In this document: in pieces, positions 12,101 to 23,425 of the stretch | How positions within the stretch are numbered: position 1 is the first letter of the stretch | Layout of the letters: each line of letters starts with the position of its first letter | Assembly: GCA_002269645.1 (NCBI GenBank) | Contig: NIVC01000854.1 | Coordinates: forward strand, 365,183-429,182 | Source of the DNA: Macrostomum lignano | Lineage: Eukaryota | DNA length: 64,000 nucleotides | Direction of reading: 5' to 3' | The notes under the pieces: generated by a model | The model's input: only the letters and a program-made list of their open reading frames with translations | Databases searched by the model: none | Told to the model about the DNA's origin: nothing | Translations under genes and position numbers: made by a program

Positions 12101-15100
12101 CAAGTGGCTGTCCTATGTGCAGGTCGGAACCACTATTCTGGCTCTTAATAATCTAGTTTAATGCAGTATAATATTTTATGCCTGTCCTACATTACGCTAT
12201 TTTCTTGGGGGACAGCAAATAAAGCTTGACGTGCAATAGGCCTTTTCCGATATTGGGATTTTGGGATGTTACCCATGCTACATGTACACGTTATAATACA
12301 TTAATAAAATTCAAGTCTCTCATGATTAGTAATCAACAGAGTTGGTTGTTTACAAATCAAAGCATAATCCAAAAAAGTTATCTTAAGCCATAATTTCCAC
12401 TTCACTTCAGCCATGACCTGCCCCAGTCCGCACACTGACGACCAGCTGACGGAGAGGCATCTCGTCTGCGCCTCCTGGAACAGTTCGCTCTCCGCTGCGG
12501 AGCTGCAGCTGAAGAAGCTGCCGTTTCACCACATTGAATACACTTGCGCTCCCAACTTTGTGTTCGTCGGTGCCGAGCAAAATAGCAGCATTGTGAGGCG
12601 ATGCACTCAGGTAAAACAGACGGTGACGTTTACTACATTCAGGTAACAAGTTACATAAGTATTTCACGCGCCAATGCTGTACACAAGCGCTATATATCCT
12701 GTAACTTAATAGGAGAAAAGTGGAAAAAGATCAAAACTTGTGCATAGTCAAATGAGTTTCCATTATTATACTGAACATAAGGCTGAACTAATTTTGTTGC
12801 ATGTGATTCAACAGGATGCCGTTTGGGACAGCGAAATTCCGACCTGCGTCTCGCTGCCGTGCACCCAGATGCCCGTCTATCCGAATGACACAGCAACCAT
12901 CACCAGCTTCACAACGAAGGGCGTCACCTACAACTACACTGACAGCCAGCTGCTGCCGCACCTCTTGTCGAACGGAACATTCCGACCCGGAGACGAAATC
13001 CACATCTCCTGTGAATCCGGTCTCACAGGCTCCAGCCAGACCGCCTCCTGCATGCCTGGCGGCAGCTGGAGCCCCGTCACCATGGACTGCAGCCCCGGAT
13101 ACTGTGGCGGCATTTCCGTCCCTCCGACGGTGGCCAACTCGCAGACCAACGCCACCCTCGGAAACACCTCCTGGGAGGGCGCCAGCCTCGCCTTCACCTG
13201 CAACACAAACTACAGCGTCAGCGGCCTGCCCAACGGATCTGTCAGCTTCGTCATCAGCTGCATCAACAGCAGCTGGACCTCGTTCACCCACCTGAACTGC
13301 CGACCGACCGCCTGCTCGAGTCTGCCACCGGGACTGGGAAACTCCAGCCTGTACAGCTCGCTGAACCTCGAGCAGGAGCTGCAGACGGGTCTGCCGGCTT
13401 CCGGAGTGCAGGTCGACGACAGCCTCAGCTACGAGTGTCGGCCCGGCTTCGTTCGGACGACGCAGAACCGGCGATTGAGCATCTTCTGCAGGCTGGGAGA
13501 CCGCTGGGAGCCGGACGTTCCCGGTCCGTGCCAGCTGCTCAACTGCTCACAGCCGGATGCCATCGTGCTGCAGCCTCAGGCCGCTCGCATGACCGTCATC
13601 AATGCATCGTTCAACTTTGCTAACAGCTCGCACCTGCCCTACACAAGTTTGGTGCGGCTGAGCTGCGAAGAGCCGTACTTTGCCATGCCGGGCAGCAGCG
13701 AGCTGGCCGTGTGCGGACTGTCAGACGGAGATCCGCCTGCGGCAGTGTGGCGCAGCGTCGGCTCAAATGTGGCCTTCAGCTGCCGCAGTAAGCAACTTGT
13801 CATTATTGCTTCTAATCCGAAACTTGGAGTGGTGGCTTGCAAAAGAATGTACACCACTCTGGGCAATCTAGTTATAGATACCGGTATATAATTATTCAAT
13901 GTAGCGGCTCGCCTTAGGCTGTGCGAGCGAGTAAAGAAAGTCCGCTTGCCAGGCCTCAAGTTCGGCCTGGCTTCTTAACTTGAGCGTCTATTTGGGCCAT
14001 AGGTATAACAGTAAGGGAGGCATTTAGGCAAAGCTCTGCAGTCCGCATTATGTTAATAAGTTGGCGGCAGTGGACCGCCACATCAATGAACTACAATCTT
14101 TTTCAACAGAAAGCCATCTCCGAACCTCTTGTAGAGCACTGCAACAACAGTCTCTTGGCGCAGCTGGTCGGAGTCGGACTGGTCGACTTCCCCACCAGCT
14201 CCTACACGGATCCCGACCGAGTCGCCAACGTCACCTGCCTTTTGAGCGCCTTCGCTCCGCTGGCGGCGAACGTCAGTCTACAGAGCGACTCGCAGTTCTT
14301 CCTACAGGCTGTCTGCACGGCCGGAGACTGGACGGTGCTCAACCAGCTGCTGCTGCCGACATCGGAGACTCTGTGCCAGCCGAAGCCCTGTCTGTTGCCT
14401 ACCAACCTGACTCGATCTACAGCCGTTCCCAGCAACAACCTGGGAAACGTGACTACGGGAGACGGTCAGGTGTACCTGCCAGTGAACAGCACCGTGGAAG
14501 TGAGGTGCTGGCCCAACAGCCGCTTTGTGGACGCGTACGCGAGCTCTCGGACGGCTACTTGTGTTCTAGGTAAGTTCCCTGACTGATAATTCGCATTCAT
14601 TCTTAAGCTTCGAGTTGGGCATGTTGCTAATAATAGGTGTAGGATTTTTCGTTTAATTATGAGCTACTTTGTTTTATCAACGCGTACGTGTGCTCAGACG
14701 ATGAAGTTTGATGCTCTACTGCTAAAAGTCCTTCAAATTTTTATGGTTGTGAAGGCTCCTAGTTTATGACGAGAGTTGCAGGTATACAATATAACTACCC
14801 GCGATTTCCGTGTCTGGGTTATCCCAGTCTTGACAAACTGAAATTCGGCTACGTGAGCCAACACTTTCATTTTTAAATCCAGGCCCCCAGTGGAGCGCCG
14901 GCGGCTCTATGAACTGCCAGTTGGTCGTCTGTCCGGACAGCCACTTCGGTCCCGGGATCGATCCCAGCGTGCTGGCCGGCCCTCTAAACGCTTTCGCCCT
15001 GGCCGAGACGGCAACCGGGCCGTACCTCATCGGAGACCAGGTGGCCTTCGTGTGCCGGGAGAATGCGTCTTCTCCGGGCTCAGTGCTGCTCAACTGCACC

Positions 15101-15158
15101 GCTGGGCCGAACTTCACAGCCGTCTGGCAGTCGAATTCTACCCGACCGTATTGCACTG
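9140..15158 (+). CDS. Paralog A: secreted/cell-surface protein, signal peptide + 2 degenerate C-type-lectin-like domains + 8 sushi/CCP modules; 3' end not found
   Basis: Exons 9140-9426, 10342-10607, 11360-11570, 11854-12122, 12411-12610, 12815-13787, 14135-14569, 14883-15158. All introns are GT-AG and phase-consistent, giving 2917 nt of open frame. CCP pattern C..C..C.W..C occurs eight times. Same exon structure in paralogs B and C. Confidence 0.85.
9512..9940. mobile_element. MITE-like element in intron 1 of paralog A
   Basis: Terminal tggtgaaaaaagta / tacttttttcacca plus an inner perfect 21-bp inverted pair gtctatggccaagccttatac (9548-9568) / gtataaggcttggccatagac (9885-9905). No clear TSD. 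Confidence 0.65.
10674..11190. repeat. 23-bp minisatellite (GACAAAGCTACTGCAATGGGGGT-like), about 22 copies, intron 2 of paralog A
   Basis: Read directly from the sequence. Confidence 0.9.
13900..14082. mobile_element. 183-bp TG...CA insertion (solo LTR/TRIM-like) in intron 6 of paralog A
   Basis: Ends tgtagcgg...ccgccaca, flanked by a TCAA duplication (13896-13899, 14083-14086). The empty site attattcaatgaac is present in paralog B intron 6. Confidence 0.7.
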
Positions 15159-15834
15159 GTAAGTCTTTTCTTTTATGGAGGCCTGAATGAAATTTAGCGG
15201 CTTGGCACACTGCCAGATATGGTAAGTTTTCATTGGTAAGTTGGAACGAGTTGCCCTTTTTGCTAGAGATACGAGCTAGACGTTATTAGACTTAGGCTGA
15301 CATCACGGACATCTGTGCCTCTCTTGTGTATGACGGTATGACAGTACTTCTGACTATTTATTAAACAGACTTTAGTCCGCCGTTTTTAAAAGTAAGAAAA
15401 GATTTTATTTTAACTCTCTGTCTCTCAATATCGATTTAAATTTGCTGCGATAGTCTCGAACTGTGATTTTGTTCAGCAGATTTGTTTGACACTTTTTATT
15501 ACTGACCATTTCTTCCTGTTTCTTCAATTGCTAACTTAAGTATCAAATAAAAAACGTCACTTAAAAGTACATTCAAGCTACATACTTGAAGTATTTACGC
15601 TCGTGCGATACCAGCGTGTTTGCCTGCTCATGTTTCGAGTTGAAACTGTGTGCATAGTATGCATTCACGTGTGAAGACAGGAGTCTGGCAACTTCTCCTA
15701 ATTCCCCACGGTTCGCGAGCAAATCGATTCTTTGGCTGCATGCGCTCGAAAAGCGTGGAGTTCCGCTTCAGCAATGCTAGTAAGCAATTGACACCATCCG
15801 TCTCTTAGGTTCAGCTCATTCACGCCTCCGTTGC

Positions 15835-15873
15835 CTCACCTCACCTCACCTCACCTCACCTCACCTCACCTCA
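15835..15873. repeat. (CTCAC)n microsatellite between the 3' ends of paralogs A and B
   Basis: Read directly from the sequence. Confidence 0.85.
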
Positions 15874-16606
15874 ACTCATTCACCCCATCATTCACAGTCA
15901 CAGTCAGTCAGTCAGTGGGTTCACCCATGCAAAGTGATTAAGACTTTCTGCAAACAATATTTTAAACACTATGCAACCATTGCGCAACTATGCTACTAAT
16001 AAGTAGGTTGATTAAACAATTCTAGCAAAAACCATTGAAATAATGACAAAACCTGAATTGAGTGGAAAGTACAAAGAAATAAGTGGTTCTCTAAGAAATT
16101 TGTTTTATCAGATAAAAAAATTCATTTGAAATATTTCATAATTTACAGTGCGCTTGCCTTTCGAGTATTATTAGAAATTGAAAAAAGATAAATCACGTCT
16201 GATATTCAAACGAAACAAGGAACATTTCTAAGATAAAACAGACTCAACCAACTGTAACAAAAAATTGAAAATATCATAAATAAGCATCCTGGCTGCCTGC
16301 AGCATCGACGAAGCTATTCAAAGCATTTGCTGAATGGTACGAAGGGAGAGTTTGGTACTTACTCTGCTAAACTTACCCGATCCAAAACTCCAAAACTCCA
16401 CCTCGGAAAAAAAAAGTCACAGGTAAATCACTCAAGGACCAGTGGTGACAAAAGAGATCGTAGCCACTATGTAGAACCATTCATCTTTAAAAGTCGACGT
16501 TAGGAATAAAAAACCCTACCTCGCTACTGAAGAGCGATTCTTCAATTTTTTGAAGGCACCAGTGGCCTCGAAAAAATCCCCATTGAACTCATAGTAAAGT
16601 GCTCAC

Positions 16607-19600
16607 CTGCGCAGTAGGGCTGCTCAAAGTTTGGTCGCCAGACGGCTGTGAAATTCGGCCAAGCGGTGCAGTTGAGCAAAACTAAGCCAGGAGAAGAGGC
16701 GTTCTCCCGGCACGCGAAGGCCACCTGGTCTCCGATAAGGAACGGCCCTGTCGCAGTCTCTGCCGGAGAGGAGGCGTTCAGAGGACCAACCAGAACGCTG
16801 GATTCGATCCCGGGACCGAAGTCTCGGTCAGGACAGACGACCGACTGGCAGTTCATGGAGCCGCCGATGCTCCACTGAGGGCCTGGCAAGATTAAATGGT
16901 GGTATGCTGATGTCTGCACAGATCTCTAGCATTCTTTAGCATACTTTTCAGTTGAGCATCTAGTAATCTTTATAAAGCGCTGATCCAACCGGTAGGATTC
17001 TGGTGGTACAATCTATGTACGGATCTGCCAAAGCATAAACAAAATATAATTGAATGACAAATCCTTCTCTGGCTGACTGACTGACTGCCTAAGTTTTCGT
17101 TATTCTCCTAATGTGCACCTTGACTTAAACTGCAAGATCTACGAGTAACTAATTGATGTCGTGAAATGCTCAAGCCAGACCTATATCGCATGTCGCCGTC
17201 CGAGAGCTCGCGTACGCGTCTACAAACCGGCTGTTGGGCCAGCACCTCACTTCCATGGTGCTGTTCACTGGCAGGTACACCTGACCGTCTCCCGTAGTCA
17301 CGTTTCCCAGGTTGTTGCTGGGCACGGCTGTAGATCGAGTCAGGTTGGTAGGCAATAGACAGGGCTTCGGCTGGCACAGAGTCTCCGATGTCGGCAGCAG
17401 CAGCTGGTTGAGCACCGTCCAGTCACCGGCCGTGCAGACCACCTGTAGGAGGAACTGCGAGTCACTCTGTAGACTGACGTTCGCCGCCAGCGGAGCGAAG
17501 GCGTTCGAAAGGCAGGTGACGTTGGCGACTCGGTCGGGATCCGTGTAGGAGCTGGTGGCGAAGTCGACCAGTCCGAATCCCACCAGCTGCGCCAAGAGAC
17601 TGTTGTTGCAGTGCTCTGCAAGAGGTTCAGAGATGGCTTTTTATTGAAAAAGACTGTAGTTCATTGAATAATTATATACCGGTATCTAGAACGAGATTGC
17701 CAAGATTGGTGTATCTTCTTTTCCAAACGACCACTTCAAGTCACAAATTAGAAGCATCGTGAAAAGCTGCTTACTGCGGCAGCTGAAGGCCAAATTTGAG
17801 CCGACACTGCGCCACACTGCCGCAGGCGGATCTCCGTCTGACAGTCCGCACACGGCCAGCTCGCTGCTGCCCGGCATGGCAAAGTACGGCTCCTCGCAGC
17901 TCAGCCGCACCAAACTTGTGTAGGGCAAGTGCGAGCTGTTAGCAAAGTTGAACGATGCATTGATGACGGTCATGCGAGCGGCCTGAGGCTGCAGCACGAT
18001 GGCATCCGGCTGTGAGCAGTTGAGCAGCTCGCACGGACCGGGAACGTCCGGCTCCCAGCGGTCTCCCAGCCTGCAGAATATGCTCAACCGCCGGTTCTGC
18101 GTCGTCCGAACGAAGCCGGGCCGGCACTCGTAGCTGAGGCTGTCGTCGACCTGCACTCCAGAAGCCGGCAGACCCGTCTGCAGCTCCTGCTCGAGGTTCA
18201 GCGAGCTGTACAGGCTGGAGTTTCCCAGTCCCGGCGGCAGACTCGAGCAGGCGGTCGGTCGGCAGTTCAGGTGGGTGAACGAGGTCCAGCTGCTGTTGAT
18301 GCAGCTGATGACGAAGCTGACAGATCCGTTGGGCAGGCCGCCGACGCTGTAGTTTGTGTTGCAGGTGAAGGCAAGGCTGGCGCCCTCCCAGGAGGTGTTT
18401 CCGAGGGTGGCGTTGGCCTGCGAGTTGGCCACCGTCGGAGCGACGGAGATGCCGCCACAGTATCCGGGGCTGCAGTCCATGGTGATGGGGCTCCAGCTGC
18501 CGCCAGGCATACAGGAGGCGGTCTGGCTGGAGCCTCTGAGACCGGATTCACAGGAGATGCGAATTTCGTCCCCGGGTCGGAATGTTCCGTTCGACAAGAG
18601 GTGCATCAGCAGCTGGCTATCAGTGTAGTTGTAGGTGACGCCCTTTGTGGTGAAGCTGGTGATAGTTGCGGTGTCATTCGGGTAGACGGGCATCTGGGTG
18701 CACGGCAGCGAGACGCAGGTCGGGATTTCGCTGTCCCAAACGGCATCCTGTTGAATCACAGGCAACAAAATTAGCTCAGTCTAATGCTTGGTATAATAAT
18801 GGAAACTCATTTGACTATGCACAAGTTTTGATCTTTTTCCACTTTTCTCCCATTAAGTTTATCCTACGAGATATAGCGCTTGTGTACAGCATTGGCGCGT
18901 GAAATACTTATGTAGCATGTTACCTGAATGTAGTAAACGTCATTCAGCAGTTTTACCTGAGTGCATCGCCTCACAATGCTGTTATTTTGCTCGGCACCGA
19001 CGAACACAAAGTTGGGAGCGCAAGTGTATTCAATGTGGTGAAACGGCAGCTTCTTCAGCTGCAGCTCCGCAGCGGAGAGCGAGCTGTTCCAGGAGGCGCA
19101 GACGAGATGCCTCTCCGTCAGCTGGTCGTCAGTGTGCGGACTGGGGCAGGTCATGGCTGAAGTACAAAGTTGATTTAGCTAATCAACTTTACGCTCGTAG
19201 CTCAGCTGACAGACTTACAGACTAATGCAATACTCAGCTGTTATTGCATAAGTATGTAACAGTATATCAATATAAGCGTCAACTAACCTGTGCACAACGC
19301 GGCGCAATTATTGTTATATTCTAATATGCGAACTTCTCTCGGCCCATTGCCTTCCCAGCTGTAATACACAATGCCTCCTTTTGTTTTAGACTGTGAAAGA
19401 ATATCTCTGTTGATGCTTGACCGACACGGAGTCCCCGGCAAGCAGAAGGATTGATGCCTCCAGTTTGTCATTCCCGTGTCGAACATGAGAGCCAGCATCA
19501 GGTATTTTCCGTTTTGCACGTTTGATCCGGGTAGAATTGAGTCATTAAGAAATTTCCTAGACAAAATTTTAACTGCAATATTTTATGAGCTGGACGTTTG

Positions 19601-21356
19601 GGTAGACATCTGCTTCGTAGAAGTCATTCTTAAGTCATATTTTACGGATCGTATGTAACTGCGCGTACTACTTCATATGTTTGATTCGTTGCTAGGAATA
19701 CTAGAAATGTTTTGCTGTTTGAAAAAAACTTTCTCACCATAACTTGCTTCTCTTCTCACTGCTCTCCGCCTGAGCGGGCCGTCCATCGCCTTTCTCGCAG
19801 AACAGACGGTAGTTGTCGTACTTGTAGTCGTTATCAGGCTGCAACTGAGAGGAGTGAACGCAGTAGCTCTGATTTACCGATGGGCCCCCGTCCACTGTAG
19901 CAACCAGGCTCGCTTGGCTGCACGCAAAGCCGGCCATTGCCGAGGCGTTTGCTGTAAGGTAGGGAGGGGGACGGGGTGAGGAAATTACTTTGTACATGTA
20001 CATACATTTTGACACTCGACTGTACTGACACTAGACTGTACTGAAACTAAACTGAACTGACACTAGACTGTACTGAAACTAGACTGAACTGACACTAGAC
20101 TGTACTGAAACTAGACTGAACTGACACTAGACTGTACTGAAACTAGACTTGTACTGAAACTAGACTGAACTGACACTATACTGTACTGATACTCGACTGT
20201 ACTGACACTCGACTGTACTGACACTAGACTGTACTGAAACTAGACTGAACTGACACTAGACTGTACTGACACTCGACTGTACTGACACTAGGCTGGAATG
20301 ACACTATGCTGCAATGACACTAGGCTGGAATGACACTAGGCTGGAATGACACTAGACTGTACTGACACTCGACTGTACTGACACTAGACTGCACTGACAC
20401 TAGGCTGGAATGACACTAGGCTGCAATGACGCTAGGGGAAATGGGACGATTTTTATCCCCTCAATAAAGTGTGAATTCGCATTCTCGTAAAATATGTATA
20501 GACGCCACAATTTATAGTTTTTTATCTATCTTCTTTCGTAAAAGGCAATTCAAATAATCCGGATTACAAAAAATAAAAAAATTGTCGCGGCCTATGATGA
20601 CCCAATCGATACAGAATCCACTGATTAAGCAAAAAAAGAACTAAAAACTTACGCAGCGGAAAGTACTCGCACACTGGGTACATATCAGTGTTGACATCCA
20701 CAGCAACGTACTGAAACATATTCACGGTTCGCTTTAGCGCAATTAAGTTACACCTTTCGTCGACTGAACCGCTGTCCCACAGCGAAGCCGGCGGGGTAAA
20801 ACTCGGCCCAAACATGTTCCAGGCCAGGGGCACCGGGGCTCCTCCGGAATAGAAATAGGGCTGGTAGGTCCAGTTGGTGCAGAGCTGATTACCCTTTAGT
20901 ATGTTCATAAGCGTGGCGCTGAAATGAAAGGAAGATAAACAAATACATGCTTGTAAGCAGCTCGCTGTATTGACGTTATACTTGTTTTGCATCAGCAATG
21001 ATAACAAGGTGTTCTAGAGCTTTGAATGAATGAATTATCCTAAAAATCAGATCAGCCAAGTTGACTCACTTCTCTGCGAACAATTTGGTGAAGGCGTCCA
21101 CTGCTCTTGTGTCGTTGAGCGGGGCAAATATCGGATGCGTGTTTTCCGTCAGTGACAGACAGTCTGCTGCGAAGGTGGTGTATGACTCTGAGTCGTAGAA
21201 ACTGTTGTAGCTATTCAGCGGGTAACGGAAGATGTACTCGCTGCCTTTGTAGTTCGGCACCTTGACGTAGTCCCACCTGTAGCCGAAACAAAATGAGCCG
21301 AGGCAGCCGCTGAGAAGCCACCACAGCAGGTAGTTAAAGTACTGTGGCTGCATCAT
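16607..21356 (-). CDS. Paralog B (inverted): signal peptide + 2 degenerate C-type-lectin-like domains + 8 sushi/CCP modules; 3' end not found
   Basis: Exons (minus strand) 21356-21070, 20918-20653, 19951-19738, 19556-19288, 19156-18957, 18747-17775, 17615-17181, 16882-16607. GT-AG introns; lengths 287/266/214/269/200/973/435/276 match paralog A; no frameshift. Confidence 0.85.
20011..20433. repeat. 16-bp minisatellite (GACACTAGACTGTACT variants), intron 2 of paralog B
   Basis: Read directly from the sequence. Confidence 0.9.
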
Positions 21357-22961
21357 GCCAAAAGTTGATCTGTATTGAGAAGGGTTGATTCTAGCTGGGA
21401 CCGTTTTATGTTGCAGTTTCTAAACTTATTGTGTTTCCCTAGCAACACGTGGAGAAACCAATGATTGGATTAAGAAAGCAACCCAATAGCTGTCGCGTCA
21501 TTCTGACACTCTCCCTGTGGGTTGAAGCAATGGCAGAAAAATTGTCTTTATATTTGCAAAGACAAGAAAAATTATTGATCCCATGCTATCCCAGGAAAGA
21601 AAACTCTGGGTGTTTGAGTATCCTTACCATCGTTCAAATTTTTCTGTCATGTCAATATTACGCTCTCTTTAGTTTTTTTCTGGTCTTGTAAATTTAGCTT
21701 TGCTTGTTATCCAGAGAGTTTGTAACTACTCATGAACCTCTATCTGATTGTCTCTTTAGATTGACAAATCAATTAAAGCTTTACTGAAAGACAGGAACCT
21801 ACAATGTGTCAAATATTTAGCCATAACTTTTGAAATAAGTGCATGTAGCCAAAGGAGATGGAGCTACATGTAAAGCCCATTTAAGGTAAAACCAATGATG
21901 CAGCGTTAGCTTCTGGACCCCAGGGTCAAATTGCCAATTTTGAAAAATCCACGTATAATCCTGGGAAGCTTCTAATTTTTTTAACTTGCCACCAGCTCAC
22001 GTGGTGCGCTTGTCTTGAGAGGTGACGGGCAATACGCAGTGAGCTAACAAATCTGCAGTCCCGATCGGATGCACGCGCATGTACCTGTAGCTTCCTCCCG
22101 TAGCAAAGAAAACTGTCATTGCTAGTAAGTAAAGTAAGTAATGAAATTCATGCCTTCTGTTGACTGACTAACTGTCTTATTTCCCTTTAAGCCTTTCGCT
22201 CAGCATTCACAGCTTCCGTTGTCGCTACCAACATTGCTGTTTCTGCCTGAACGTTGCTGAACTTCTACAGATCCCGGTGTGTATGGGGGTTAAGCAACTG
22301 GGAACAGGTTGCAGGGTTGCTTTTCTCAGATAGCCCTGTTGATCACTGCATTGCGCAGATGCATTACCATTTTCTTTGGTAGATTAAGAAAGAGAAAGGA
22401 ACGCTGTGGAGGCTGAGCACACACTAGCTAGCGGAAGCTCTACTGCAGCTCCAGCTTTTATCGACTCTGCGAGGAAGCCATCGAAAAGGGGAAGCCATGC
22501 AACGCCCCATATGATCAATAGACAAATTTTTGGGAAAACTTCGGGATAAAGTCAGGCTTTATCAATGCGATCGATGCATGCAGGCTATGAAGATGCAGCC
22601 CAAAGATTCCGGCCAAACATTAAAATTAACTGGCTAAGTTTTGGAATGTTGTTCCATGGCATCGGTAGTAGCGATGAGTCATTCGTTACCTTTCAGTGGT
22701 TTTTTACTATCTAAATGGATATTTTCACTTCAATAAATATGCTACGATTGTACAATCATTGTTTTGAAACAGAAAATTGCGTCATAAAAATATAACACGC
22801 CCTCTTAGATTTACAAGACGCATTTTAGCAGGACCATGCACTGGACTGGTAAACTTAGGTATCGCCTTTTTTGGTGGCAGTCGGGAAAATTACAAGAACA
22901 ACTAAATGAAGTAGTTAGGGTGTGTCTTAGGGTCTGTCTCGAGGTGGCCTGGTAGGTCTTT

Positions 22962-22981
22962 GAATCCCACCGCTGCCACCA
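22962..22981 (-). other. Retroelement primer-binding site complementary to the tRNA-Leu 3' end
   Basis: Plus strand gaatcccaccgctgccacca matches the 3' end of eukaryotic tRNA-Leu including the post-transcriptional CCA, and lies 1 nt from a TG..CA-type LTR end. Confidence 0.8.
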
Positions 22982-23425
22982 ATGTTGTACCTGTGCTTCT
23001 CCTGCTGTCTAGCACAGTGATTTTGGCTCTCCGTCTTCTCAACCGGAAGCCTTCTATTAGCTCTTAGTAGCGTAAGTAGTGCTGCCACCAGTTCCTTCAG
23101 GCCTCGGTGAGGTGAGCTTCCTGTCGGAACGAAATAAACAAGTCAACGATCTCAGCACAGCGTGCAGATTTGCAGATTAATGAACAAGGCGTCTTGGTCA
23201 TCAGATCCCGCCGGACTCAGGGGGGTGGCTGGGAAGGCAGTGTTAGCCTCCCTTAGGCTTTGGGGTCTAATTTTAGTTAGGCTAATTACAGATAGCTTAA
23301 ATGAGAAACTGAATTAAGACAGAAGACTTAGGGGCTTAGAGAACAATAACGAAGTCTGGCAAACTAGACTAAAGAAGCACAATAAGAAGAAGAAAGAAGA
23401 ATCCTTGACCGAACCAAGGGTGAGG

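Noticed and set aside
12788-13959. Alternative-frame and antisense ORFs over the CCP exons (also at 18271-18774 and 58473-59416)
   Set aside because: Their conservation between copies simply follows the near-identical sense exons.
22962-22981. tRNA-Leu gene
   Set aside because: Only the 3' 20 nt match, including CCA, and they abut an LTR end, so this is a PBS.
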